Source: Octopus bimaculoides (lineage: Eukaryota). Taken from it: a stretch of 64,000 nt of DNA. The position numbers were made by a program, and so were the translations under genes. Under the pieces are notes generated by a model, which was given only the letters and a program-made list of their open reading frames with translations, made no database searches and was not told the DNA's origin. Below, piece by piece: positions 11,030 through 23,896 of the stretch (positions are counted from its first letter, which is position 1; each line of letters begins with the position of its first letter). Where the stretch lies: the NCBI RefSeq assembly GCF_001194135.2, contig NC_068997.1:49174502-49238501 (forward strand), read 5' to 3'.

Positions 11030-11377
11030 TTTATAAAGCATATTACTNNNNNNNNNNNNNNNNNNNNNNNNNNNNNNNNNNNNNNNNNNNNNNNNNNNNN
11101 NNNNNNNNNNNNNNNNNNNNNNNNNNNNNNNNNNNNNNNNNNNNNNNNNNNNNNNNNNNNNNNNNNNNNNNNNNNNNNNNNNNNNNNNNNNNNNNNNNNN
11201 NNNNNNNNNNNNNNNNNNNNNNNNNNNNNNNNNNNNNNNNNNNNNNNNNNNNNNNNNNNNNNNNNNNNNNNNNNNNNNNNNNNNNNNNNNNNNNNNNNNN
11301 NNNNNNNNNNNNNNNNNNNNNNNNNNNNNNNNNNNNNNNNNNNNNNNNNNNNNNNNNNNNNNNNNNNNNNNNNNNNN

Positions 11378-11420
<43 letters not shown>

Positions 11421-11850
11421 ATATACACACTCGGGTGCACACACACACAAACGCATACACACATGCGCGCTAATATCAAAAACAATATTATCATAAGCAA
11501 ACCCCTTTCACACTCGCATTTATATACTTTACTGCGGTATCGAACACAACTCTTTGTCAGACACCAGCTTCTTTTGCAGGTACGTATCTTCGATATCTAT
11601 AACTGCTTGGTAAACACTTCTGCAATTTTCTTCGGGCAACCTTCTAATTATCATCACAAAACACTCACGAGAACATCAATGCAGAAAGCGAAACCATACC
11701 ACGTTTAGAATCTTCAAGAAAGTACAATAGAAAGTTTTCTACCAAGAAATAAAATGAAGGTTTTTTTTTTTAATTTTCTTCTCCTTTTTCAGAATTCGAT
11801 CAGTAACTCAGATACTGCAAGTTATTCAACGAAATAATTATAGACGTATC

Positions 11851-12189
11851 TTGAATGCAATTCCCACATGGCAACATAAAAAAAAGTATAGCCCTAATTA
11901 TACACCAGATATAACCAATTCCAGACACAATACAACGAAACCACACGCAACAGAAATGAAATTCAACATCAAACAACTAAAGAAAGAAAACGAAGCAAAA
12001 TACAACGAAAAACTAATGAATCATGAAAGACATCGAAACTGGCAAAGATTTCTATCGAATATAAACAACAAAACTAACAGTAATAGAGAGAATAGATTAA
12101 TTAATAACAACAACAACAGCAACAACGGTCATACAACATTGTATGCCAAAATAATAACCCTAAATAATTTAAAGACATTGCCACGCTAA
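11851..12189 (+). mobile_element. Possible decayed LINE linker region (I/Nimb-like)
   Basis: AIPTWQHKKKYSPNYTP...IKQLKKE...RNWQRFLSNINNKTN resembles the region between endonuclease and RT of I-group LINEs. No catalytic motif is visible. Confidence 0.35.
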
Positions 12190-12584
12190 GCAATAGCTCT
12201 TAGACACTTTTCGATAATGAGTCACTAAAAATCGTAGAACGAAAGCAAGTCTATAAAATGAAAAATATGCTCCTTTCACCTATAGCATGATGTCCTTTTT
12301 CTTTCAACAGATTTGGAAAGTTTTATAAATAATATCAAATCTTTGAGAACTCAAGGCCAGAAGACAATCACAAACTTCCTTTTAGCACACACGTAAAATG
12401 TAATAAGCTAATATCAAAACTATGAGATGTCAGGACCAGGAGACAATCAGATGCTTCTTTCTAGCAGATATATAAAATGTAATATTCAAATCTAAGAAAC
12501 TTAGAGAACTTAGGACTAAAAGGTAATGAGGAGCTTTACACTTGAGACCCAGAGTCTTAAGGAAGGAATCACTCACTGGATCAC

Positions 12585-12803
12585 TTTTTTTTTCTCTACT
12601 GTAGGCACAAGGCCCGAAATTTTGGGGGAAGAGGCCAGTGGATTGGCTCGACTCCTGTATGCAACTGGTACTTAATTTATCGACTCCGAAAGGATGAAAG
12701 GCAAAGTCGATCTCGGCGGAGTTTGAACTCAGAACGTAAAGATTATCGAAATACTGCTAAGCCTTTCGTCGGCGTGCTAACGTTTCTGCCAGTTCGCCGC
12801 CTT
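12585..12803 (-). mobile_element. tRNA-derived SINE family B, full length with a 10-bp TSD
   Basis: Head GGCGGCGAACTGGCAGAAACG, B-box GAGTTCAAA, central GCCTTTCATCCTTTCGG.GTCGATAAA, poly(A) tail. ACTGGATCAC is duplicated at 12575-12584 and 12804-12813. Confidence 0.9.
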
Positions 12804-12914
12804 ACTGGATCACGTTTTTTTAAAAAAAATGTATCTGCATTATTCAATGTCCTTTCTTACTGTCAACACAAGGAAACATAAAAAAACAATAAACAATAAA
12901 CTGTAGTACTCAAT

Positions 12915-13125
12915 AGCAAAGGCATGTCGCACATGCGATTCCATTCACTCGGATCCCCTCAACATGCAAATCCCCGCTGCCCGATAACACATCTAGCAGC
13001 GGATCGGTTGCAATGTTAAAGAGGATCGGTGAGAGCGCGTCCCCTTGCCTAACACCCTGGCGAATCTCGATGGGTTCACTAACTTGTCCCCCGACTGAGA
13101 ATTTGGTAGCACTTTCTTCATAGAT
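12915..13125 (-). mobile_element. Non-LTR RT fragment, R2-like
   Basis: IYEESATKFSVGGQVSEPIEIRQGVRQGDALSPILFNIATDPLLDVL contains the RT motif GV.QGD.LSP.LFN. Confidence 0.85.
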
Positions 13126-13345
13126 CCCCTGCACACACATACACACACACACACACCCATACACACACGAAGGAGACGCAGAAAGAATTCTTTGGATTAC
13201 AGTTCAGTTTGATCAGAGCTTAACTCCAATTGAACAAATACAACAACAACGAGTGTACAGAAACAAACTGAGAAGTGAAAAAGTGGAGGGAGAGAGAGGG
13301 AGAGAGGGGGGAAAGAGAAAGAAAGAGAGAGAGAGGAAAAGAGAG

Positions 13346-13402
<57 letters not shown>

Positions 13403-13929
13403 NNNNNNNNNNNNNNNNNNNNNNNNNNNNNNNNNNNNNNNNNNNNNNNNNNNNNNNNNNNNNNNNNNNNNNNNNNNNNNNNNNNNNNNNNNNNNNNNNN
13501 NNNNNNNNNNNNNNNNNNNNNNNNNNNNNNNNNNNNNNNNNNNNNNNNNNNNNNNNNNNNNNNNNNNNNNNNNNNNNNNNNNNNNNNNNNNNNNNNNNNN
13601 NNNNNNNNNNNNNNNNNNNNNNNNNNNNNNNNNNNNNNNNNNNNNNNNNNNNNNNNNNNNNNNNNNNNNNNNNNNNNNNNNNNNNNNNNNNNNNNNNNNN
13701 NNNNNNNNNNNNNNNNNNNNNNNNNNNNNNNNNNNNNNNNNNNNNNNNNNNNNNNNNNNNNNNNNNNNNNNNNNNNNNNNNNNNNNNNNNNNNNNNNNNN
13801 NNNNNNNNNNNNNNNNNNNNNNNNNNNNNNNNNNNNNNNNNNNNNNNNNNNNNNNNNNNNNNNNNNNNNNNNNNNNNNNNNNNNNNNNNNNNNNNNNNNN
13901 NNNNNNNNNNNNNNNNNNNNNNNNNNNAC

Positions 13930-14121
13930 AACCACCACCACCACCACCATCACAACTACTACCCTCTCTATCTCAAGAACAACAAAACACTACCACCACC
14001 ACCACCACCACCATCACCACTACTGCTGCCGCTAATACCATCGCCACCACCAACAACAACAACAAGGAAACACTACCAGTACCATAGGCGCCATTGCTAG
14101 TACCGTTTACCACTACTACTG

Positions 14122-14167
<46 letters not shown>

Positions 14168-14460
14168 CACTACTACTACTAGTAATACTACTACTACCAC
14201 TACTGCTGCTGATGCTGCTACTGCTACTACTACTAATACTACTATTATTACGATTATTGCTGTTATTACTACTATTACTACTACTACTACTATTTCCCCC
14301 AAACACTGCTGTACACAATTACACACTCCCTCCCTCTCTCTCACCCACTACCTCTCTATCTATCTCTCACACACACTACCCCCTTCTCTCTCTCTCTCTC
14401 ACACCCACACACTCTACCCCCTTCTCACTCTCTCACACACACACACACACAGAAATGCAA
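13930..14460. repeat. Compound (ACC)n/(ACT)n/(CT)n/(CA)n low-complexity sequence
   Basis: Visible directly. Confidence 0.9.
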
Positions 14461-14957
14461 ACGCACACGAAGACACACATGCACAAAAACACGCACACGC
14501 ACACACGTTTACAGAATCACCCCCACCCCCATCCCCCACACACAGAGCCAAACACAAAGATCACAGTTCGTCCGACTCCCAAGCATCGACATGCAATCAC
14601 AGAGCGAAGATAATTCATTTAGATAAAAATAAAAGAAGAGCAAAAAGATTGCTTTTCAAATGGAAGTTATATTGTTAGGGCATGTATCATGCATTATAGA
14701 TATCGTGTATCGATTAACCATTCACTATCGATCAAAACTTATTCACCTTCCGTTTTATCCCTCTCCTTTACAGCCTCTGAGTTGCTTTATATACACCCAG
14801 CGCGGCCAGATTGCATCTCGTGATGTTAATAGGACGTCGTCAGTAAATACATGACACAAGGGCAAAGGAGAGGAAGGGTGAAAAAGGAGAGGGAGGAGGT
14901 TGATATCTTAATTGTTTATCTTGCCAATTGTCGTGTCTGTGTGTGTGTACGTATGTA

Positions 14958-14988
<31 letters not shown>

Positions 14989-14999
14989 GGTAAGGATGG

Positions 15000-15660
15000 A
15001 TGGATGGATGGATGGCCGGATTGATGGATGGATGGTTGGATGAATCGATCGATCGATGTGTGGATGAATGTATGTGTATGTATATGTACGATTGTTTTGT
15101 ATGTATGTAAGTATGTATGTATTCATGCATGAATGGATGGATGAATTGATATGAGTATTATCTGTACGTATCTATGTATGTATGTGTCTGTGTATATGTG
15201 TGTATATATCATGTATGTATGTATGTATCTGTGTATGTATCATGTATGTATGTATATATGCATGTATGCATGTATGTATGTATGTATGTATTATGCAAGT
15301 ATGTATGTATCTGTGTATGTGTCTGTGTATGTATCATGTGTATGTATGTATGTATGTATGTATGTACTTACGAACGTATGTATGTATATATGTATCTATG
15401 CATATATGCATTTATAGCGTTATGCATACATTTAACTGCTATGTAAGTTTACATGCATGCATATATACAACTATGCATAAGCACTTAACTGACATGTACG
15501 TATACACGCATGTGAGCATGTACGCAGTTTTGCTTTTATGCATGTATGTAACAGTTGTGTATGTATGCCTGTATGCATATATGCAGTTATGCCTTTATGC
15601 ATGTATGCGACTGTTACGTATGCATTCATGTATGTATGATCGTATGCAATTGTGGCTCAG
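15000..15660. repeat. Degenerate (GGAT)n and (TATG)n arrays
   Basis: Visible directly. Confidence 0.85.
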
Positions 15661-15724
15661 GTGAATGCATACAAATGCGCAGATTCATCTTTGCATGCAC
15701 GTCTACTTTATTTTCTCATAGCAA

Positions 15725-15880
15725 TTTTCAGACTGTGGTCATCGTGGCGCACCGCTTTCAAAGGTTTTAGTCGAATAAATCGACCGCAGTACTTATTTGG
15801 AATCTGGGTTTTATTCTAACGACACCGTCTTTCGCAAACCGCTAGGTGCGATAACATAAACAAACCAACACAGGTTATTG
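15725..15880 (-). mobile_element. SINE A/C 3' module
   Basis: Diverged reverse complement of 10088-10230. Confidence 0.7.
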
Positions 15881-15971
15881 AGGCTTATCTGAGTTCTTCG
15901 TAACTAAGTAACTAAGCATCTTTACGTCAAGAGATTTCCATGTATTTGCCAGCTTGTGAATAAGTTAATGT

Positions 15972-16092
15972 GCAGCAGGCGTGTCTGTGTGGTAAGAAGC
16001 TTGCTTCCCAACCACATCTTTCCGGGTCGGGCCGACCAAAGCCTTGTGAGTGGATTTGAGAGACGGAAACTGAAAGAAGACCGTCGTATATA
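15972..16092 (+). mobile_element. SINE A/C 5' module with an internal deletion
   Basis: Head TGTGTGGTAAGAAGCTTGCTTCCCAACC joined directly to GGGCCGACCAAAGCCTTGTGAGTGGATTT...GAAAGAAGACCGTCG. Confidence 0.8.
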
Positions 16093-16597
16093 CAAACCTC
16101 ATTAAGGGATAGCAAAATCCAATGAAAATACTGGTTAGTTACCCATGGAGAATTGATGTGGTGGAGCTTCAGTACCCAAAATATTTCACTAATATCTATT
16201 ATTCATATTGGAGTAACAGATAGGATATGTACCAGCTTGTCAAAATCAAAGTAGAAATTAACTTGGATTCCCAGAGAAAATGTACGTCCATAATTTATAC
16301 GCTACGAATTATCTTAAAATCTGGGGCGATGAAAATCCGCAAGTCATTAAGTTTAAGGGATGAAATGGTTGCGCTAATGAATGCGAAAAGACGAAAAGTA
16401 TTTTTTTTTTTTGCGACCTTGCAACTGAACTGGTAGCCAATGAAAATAAATGCTAAAATTCCAATCAAGAAGAGAAGTCATACAAATTAACTTACATATA
16501 AATACGTACACACGTTCTTAAATATATAAACACGGCATTGCGTTCAGTCACACGAGCGTAAACGATTACTCATTCATTTCCGTAATAAATACAACTC

Positions 16598-16745
16598 ACT
16601 AAAACGTACAATTTACTAAAACGTACAATTCACTAAAACGTACAATTCACTAAAACGTACAATTCACTAAAACGTACAATTCACTAAAACGTACAATTCA
16701 CTAAAACGTACAATTCACTAAAACGTACAATTTACTAAAACGTAC
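16598..16745 (+). repeat. 17-bp minisatellite, ~8.7 copies
   Basis: Unit ACTAAAACGTACAATTC; two copies end in T. Confidence 0.95.
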
Positions 16746-17734
16746 GTCACTTATAGAAACCTAGAAAAATATTCGCTATCCTTTTAGATGATCGCAAAGA
16801 AGCGGCTTTTAGAGCAAATCATTGTGGTAATGAAGCGGTGAAATTAAAAATACAAATGAAACCTTGGATTACTGCTGTATATACCATGGTAGTAAGACAG
16901 AATAATAATGTTAGCTACCACAGGTCGTGGAACTAAAAGGAGAAATTCTACTGGAGTTTTGAATTGAATCAAGATATATACCAAGGTTAGGGAAGTTCCG
17001 TTGGTCAGTTACAGAAAAAAGATGATGGGTTAATGGTATGCAAAATATCGTATCTATTCACAATTCAATGTGAATCAATGTTTCTCGCTGAAATATTGCT
17101 TCTGTTAGTAAGCTATGGTCTGTTGAGCTGAAAACACTGCTGCTCTTCTCGTAAAATCTACCAAAAAACCTGCACAGCAAATAACAAAATCAGTAGATTA
17201 GTATATTTTGCCTTTTGGGATCGAGAAAATTTGTAAAACCATGAACCGTGAGAAAAACAAAAATGGAAACAATGACGCTGAGATAGAACTGCCGCCATTA
17301 GACGGAGATGTGGTAGTAATATCGGAACAAACATAAATGAGGGAAGCATGCAGATCAAAACACTGCTGGCGGTAATATTGGAACGAATTCACGTTTTACA
17401 TTAACAAACCACTAAATGGAAGAATGATTGTTACGACAAGAATCGATAGAAAGGAAACCTAGTGACTCGGTGTTATCAGTGATCGATTAAGTTGCTAAAG
17501 AATACATAGCAAAAATGGAAGCTCCCAGCTTTTGGACATTTCATGTCTTATTGTATTTTGATGCAATTACCGTTGGTCAACAGATGGGAATAACAGATCG
17601 CTCGAAATAACACAGAATCAGAATGGATTACTTCTCTCCAAAAGAACATCGATAAACTACGGAAAAATATCGGATAGTTGGAGACTATCATTTGATGTAA
17701 AGAGACTAATATATTCACAAATAACGAGCTCGAT

Positions 17735-17768
<34 letters not shown>

Positions 17769-18482
17769 GGAGAGAGAGAGAGAGAGAGATGCGGAGAGAG
17801 AGAGGTAGAGAGAGAAAGAGAGAGAATATCCAAAATCTATGGGAACTGTCGGTGAGAGACTCTCACAAGTAAACTAATTGTCTTTAAATAAGAACAGTGA
17901 TCAATAAGTCAAAAGCAAGAACATTTAGTAGATTCGGTGATGGTACTTCGCTTCTAAAAGGAGAGCTTTGTTGGCGAGAAATTTTACGACTATTAATTGT
18001 AAGTTTACAGTACGGAAGACCATATCGCTAAGGTTGTCTTCATTCAATATTTTTGTCACCATCTTCGTGTTAAATGGACAGCGGACTTCCATAACCAACA
18101 GAGAAATGCTTTTATTTTGTGAACCCAAGCAACAATATCAAGTGATTGTTTCTGCAAGATCTGTACCATGTATGTTCTCTTCTCTTTTTAATCATTTAAA
18201 TTCTTCCTCCGAGAAAGGATTTGGTTTATAAACAAAAATACAAAACCTCCATGATTAGAATGTAAATAACAAAATGAAGAAACAAAAAAAAAAACAATGT
18301 CACCTTTTAAATTTGATAAAAGTCTTGCATATTATTATTGCTCCTCTTACAGATTGTATTTCTAATGTGCTAGCTAATTGGTTGGTTTATTTTCTGAAAA
18401 TCCAAGCTTATCAGTTGGGCATATGTATGTATGTGTGTGTATGTATGTATGTATGTATGTGTGTATGTGTGTATGTATGTAT

Positions 18483-18713
18483 TATTTCTTAACTACCCAC
18501 AAGGGGCTACACACAGAGGGGACAAACAAGGACAGACAAACGGATTAAGTCGATTATATCGACCCCAGTGCGTAACTGGTACTTATTTAATCGACCCCGA
18601 AAGGATGAAAGGCAAAGTCGACCTCGGCGGAATTTGAACTCAGAATGTAGCAGCAGACTAAATACCGCTAAGCATTTCGCCCGGCGTGCTAACGTTTCTG
18701 CCAGCTCGTCGCC
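18483..18713 (-). mobile_element. SINE B (alternative tail), embedded in (TATG)n
   Basis: Same head and central domain as 12585-12803; tail TTGTTTGTCCCCTCTGTGTGTAGCCCCTTGTGGG. Confidence 0.9.
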
Positions 18714-21700
18714 TATGTATGTATGTATGTATGTATGTATGTATGTATGTATGTATGTATGTATGTATGTATGTATGTATGTATGCATGTATATATGTAT
18801 CTATGTATCTATGTGTAAATGTATGCATGAATGAATAAATGGATATTTGCATCTAAGTAGATTGGAAGGTGTGTATGCGTGTATGGGCATATGTATGTGT
18901 GTGTGCGTATGTTTTCACATACGTACGCACGTATGTATCTATGTATGCGTGCATGTATATTCCCGAGTATGTATGACTATATGTGTGAGCATGTATGTAT
19001 ATACGTATGTATGTGTATATGTATGTATGAACGTATGTATGAATGTATGCATGTGTTCGCTGCTTCACTGGTTCTGTCCAGCTTTCACTGGTTTTGTCCG
19101 CCCTGCTATTCCCATTTCACCGTTGTACCACTGACTTCAGTTATACAAAAGCAAACGGACAGACACTGGCGGTGGTGGTGGTGGCGTTGGTCGTGGCGTT
19201 GGTGGCGGAGTCAGTTAATAGAGTACACAAGGATATCGTATTTAGTTACAAAAGGACCAATAGAGCATAACACTAAGATCGATCCCTGATTCATTGTTAT
19301 TTAACGATCCACCAGAATTTTTTTCACCAACCACACACCTCTCCCGCTCCGCAGCCTTAATTGCTGTTGATTAATAACTGAAGACAAACTAATTAAATTG
19401 TAAATAACTTCGTATAATGATACAAAGGTTGACGACTAAATAATAATCGCTAGAATAGCAAATATTAATGATGATGANNNNNNNNNNNNNNNNNNNNNNN
19501 NNNNNNNNNNNNNNNNNNNNNNNNNNNNNNNNNNNNNNNNNNNNNNNNNNNNNNNNNNNNNNNNNNNNNNNNNNNNNNNNNNNNNNNNNNNNNNNNNNNN
19601 NNNNNNNNNNNNNNNNNNNNNNNGAGGAGGGGGGATGGGATGAGGATGGGATGAGGAGGGGAGATAGAGGTGGAGGAGGAGGAGGAGATGGAGGAAGTGG
19701 AGGAGGATACCGATGATGACGTAGATTATGATGATGATGATGATGATGATGATGATGGTGATGATGACGATGATAAAAATAATTATAATAATCCTTTCTA
19801 CTATGTGCAAAAGGCTTGAGATTTGGGTGTCGGTACTTGACTGGCACATATTTCATCGACCCCGAAAGGATGATGGTGATGATGATGATGATGATGATGA
19901 TGAGGAGGAGGAGGAGGAGGAGAAAAATAATAATACCAATAATAACTATTTCTTTTATTTTGTCACGGGTGCATACGCTGAAGGGCTTCCTTTGGAAATA
20001 GAAGAAAAGGGTAAAGAGAAAAGTGCTTTCTCTCTTTCTTTCTCTCACTCTCTCCCAGTGAATTTATCAAAAGGTGAGTAACTGTGGCAAAAAAGGTTAG
20101 CCTGAACCATTCGATCATGCAAGTGTAGATTGGAGAAAAATATTTGTCCGACACCTCGTTGTTTACGCGACCAATGGTGCTACCTTTACACCAACGCACC
20201 AACCTGCTCCAGTCTGTCAGATTTAAAACCTCTAATCAGTTCGTAGTTGTTTTTCTAAACAAACTTTCATGTGCTTTTTAACTGCGAAGGTTTTGTTAAG
20301 CAGCGTCGATTTTTTACAAGAGGGTCAAATATACATATGTATATGTATATATATATATGTACACAAACATAAACATACACACATACATCTATGTATACAC
20401 AGATTTATGTATATATCCAAACCTTTATACATATTTGCACATATAAATATATGCATGCGTATTTCTAAATATACACATGTATATGAATATGTATATACAG
20501 ACAGATGTACATATCCATATATACACGCGTTTTCAGCATGTGTGCGTGTGTGTATGTGTGTGCGCGTCTTTGGACAATAGCCTTTTGTTAAGACATGCTT
20601 GGTTAAACAAACAAACGAGAAATCTGTTAACCGCCTTCGTATTGAACCACTTCTATTCTCTGAAGGCGTTTTTGTTTGTAGCATTCGAAGAAGGTCTATT
20701 TCTGTGATCAAAGGAAGAACACATAAAGCAAATTTTCGGCCACTTATGTACGATGCAACCTCGCATTTGTATTGCTGAATTAAGTAAACTCAGGTACTAT
20801 ATTAAAGTTCAAAGCGCGAAGATAAACGTTCTTCCAAACGAGTAGATTTGCGCCATGGTTGTCGATTGACTTTACAGCTTCTGCAAAGGAGCTTAAACAA
20901 CCGGTAAGTGATGGTAGATATGTGTAGTAAAGCCACTGAAGAACGGAGAGAAAGGGGAAATCCTATTTTCCTATTTGCTTATTTATTTCATTTCTTTGTT
21001 ATTGGTATTTTCGTAATTTGTTTTATAGATTTTGTTTTACTTATTTACTCAATTTTTAGTATTTTTTCTAACTGGAAGTATTTCTCTTTTTTTCTATTCA
21101 TGTAAGATCCAATGAATTTATGTAATTGTTAACTGTCACTTTTATGGTATAATTTATTTAATTTGGAGACACACACAAACACATACATACATGCATACAT
21201 AAATGTATACGTACGTTACGTGCGTACTATACATACATTATATATACATACTTACATACATACATACATACACACAAACACACATACACATACATATTCA
21301 TTTATATCGTATAATTCAGGTTAAAACCTCGTTATTTGGCTATTACATATCCTACAGTAGGGTATTTTTCAGGGTTGGTTACTCATGCAGAAATCCTCTT
21401 TGCATAAGATTAATACAAGGATAATATAATACGAACACGCAGGATACCAAGCTTTAATAGTTGGATAACAACGCCTGCACGATTTTCACTAAGAAAAAAA
21501 AAATTACGGAAGACTACCAAGACTGCAATTACGGAAGTCTATCAAGAGTCACGTGGAGATGAAATGATTGTACTTCACTCGGGAGCTCCAAGATTGGGAT
21601 AGTATAGCCCTTTTCCTTTAAGCTAAGACGATTACATATATATATATATATATATANNNNNNNNNNNNNNNNNNNNNNNNNNNNNNNNNNNNNNNNNNNN

Positions 21701-22012
21701 NNNNNNNNNNNNNNNNNNNNNNNNNNNNNNNNNNNNNNNNNNNNNNNNNNNNNNNNNNNNNNNNNNNNNNNNNNNNNNNNNNNNNNNNNNNNNNNNNNNN
21801 NNGTGTATATATAATGTTACAAATGTAGACACAGGCATACATACATAATATAAGAGAGTGTGGATTTATATGTTTAGTGGAACAAACAGGAAAAATAAAA
21901 CTCATTACAATCTTAGAAGGCAATATTTTCTCTAATTTCAATTTTTCTATGAATTCAAGTTACAAAAGTGATTCAAGAGACGAGAGATTAAAAATGTTTT
22001 TAAAAATGCATC

Positions 22013-22063
22013 GGATCAACTGGAACCCTCGTCCTCGCAACCGCTGGAGTGCCATTAAGCATG
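22013..22063 (+). mobile_element. SINE D 3' fragment
   Basis: CGGATCAACTGGAACCCTCGTC...GGAGTGCC, shared with ~41268-41309. Confidence 0.75.
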
Positions 22064-22748
22064 AGGTATACACCTGGTAAATTGCAGGTAAAGGTAGGGA
22101 AAAAGTCACAATTAATTTAAGGGATCCAGACAAAACCCCCTCAGATAACCCCGCCCCCGGACAAAACCCTTATGACTTATTTTCCTGTGACTTTTTTACT
22201 GGATTCTTTACACCATATTTCATTGTAAGGGTCAATGTTACTATCTAACCATTAGGGAACCCTTTGGTAAAATACAGTCTGTTACAAGCGTATCGGACAG
22301 GTCTCTGCTTTGAGGGTGACATTTTCCATTCCACTAAAAAGTCACGGGGATCCAGATAATGGATTAAGGGTGTTATCCTTTCCCTTCTGACCACAACATT
22401 AAGCGACAACACCAACAGCTGCAGCAGCAGCAGCAACAATAACACGAACAGCAAAATCCGCGACGACATAAAATACGATGAAGGCGTAAAAAGAGTTTGT
22501 GGATTCGGTCAACTTACAAGAATTTCGGAAACAGAAGTCGTCCTGTGAGATGACCTCAGCAATACTGGAGGCACATAGGATGATGATAAGGATGGTGATA
22601 GTGGTGGTGGTGTTGGTGAGAAGGAGAACGGCACGTGTTTGGTCGGACATGTTCACCGACTATCGATGATGTAACAAAGTAAGGCTCCGTCGGTTGAGCA
22701 AGGAGAACGGGCCGGACGTCCATGGCAGGAGTACCTGAAGAAACAAAG

Positions 22749-22789
<41 letters not shown>

Positions 22790-22799
22790 AATAATAATG

Positions 22800-22855
<56 letters not shown>

Positions 22856-22856
22856 C

Positions 22857-23061
22857 TTTTCTACTCTAGGCACAAGGCCCGAAATTTTTGGGGAGGAACC
22901 AATCGATTAGATCGACCCGAGTAGGCAACTGGTATTTAATTTATCGACCACCAAAGGATGAAAGGCAAAGTCAACTCGGCGGAATTTGAACTCGGAAGAC
23001 AGAAGAAATACCGCTAAGCATTTCGCCCGGCGTGCTAACGTTTCTGGCAACTCGCCGCCCT
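22857..23061 (-). mobile_element. SINE B, embedded in (TAA)n
   Basis: Full head, central domain and GGGCCTTGTGCCTAGAGTAGAAAAG tail. Confidence 0.9.
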
Positions 23062-23856
23062 AATAATAATGATAATAATAATAATAATAATAATAATGAT
23101 AATAATAATAATGATGATGATGATGATGATAGTTNNNNNNNNNNNNNNNNNNNNNNNNNNNNNNNNNNNNNNNNNNNNNNNNNNNNNNNNNNNNNNNNNN
23201 NNNNNNNNNNNNNNNNNNNNNNNNNNNNNNNNNNNNNNNNNNNNNNNNNNNNNNNNNNNNNNNNNNNNNNNNNNNNNNNNNNNNNNNNNNNNNNNNNNNN
23301 NNNNNNNNNNNNNNNNNNNNNNNNNNNNNNNNNNNNNNNNNNNNNNNNNNNNNNNNNNNNNNNNNNNNNNNNNNNNNNNNNNNNNNNNNNNNNNNNNNNN
23401 NNNNNNNNNNNNNNNNNNNNNNNNNNNNNNNNNNNNNNNNNNNNNNNNNNNNNNNNNNNNNNNNNNNNNNNNNNNNNNNNNNNNNNNNNNNNNNNNNNNN
23501 NNNNNNNNNNNNNNNNNNNNNNNNNNNNNNNNNNNNNNNNNNNNNNNNNNNNNNNNNNNNNNNNNNNNNNNNNNNNNNNNNNNNNNNNNNNNNNNNNNNN
23601 NNNNNNNNNNNNNNNNNNNNNNNNNNNNNNNNNNNNNNNNNNNNNNNNNNNNNNNNNNNNNNNNNNNNNNNNNNNNNNNNNNNNNNNNNNNNNNNNNNNN
23701 NNNNNNNNNNNNNNNNNNNNNNNNNNNNNNNNNNNNNNNNNNNNNNNNNNNNNNNNNNNNNNNNNNNNNNNNNNNNNNNNNNNNNNNNNNNNNNNNNNNN
23801 NNNNNNNNNNNNNNNNNNNNNNNNNNNNNNNNNNNNNNNNNNNNNNNNNNNNNNNN

Positions 23857-23890
<34 letters not shown>

Positions 23891-23896
<6 letters not shown>

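Noticed and set aside
15405-15620. Apparent inverted arrangement of AACTG/CAGTT units related to the 8121 minisatellite
   Set aside because: ATGCAT-rich degenerate repeats are intrinsically self-complementary; no defined arms.
16598-16745. CRISPR-like array
   Set aside because: The units are contiguous with no spacers, and the context is eukaryotic.
16260-18260. Transposase-like phrases (IWGDENPQV on +; KIKAFL..LWKS on -)
   Set aside because: Single short motifs with no supporting catalytic residues or termini. The ~2 kb block remains unexplained.
21530-21625. Minus-strand frame LKEKGYTIPILELPSEVQSFHLHVTLDRLP
   Set aside because: Weak splice sites, and its phase does not fit the other candidates.
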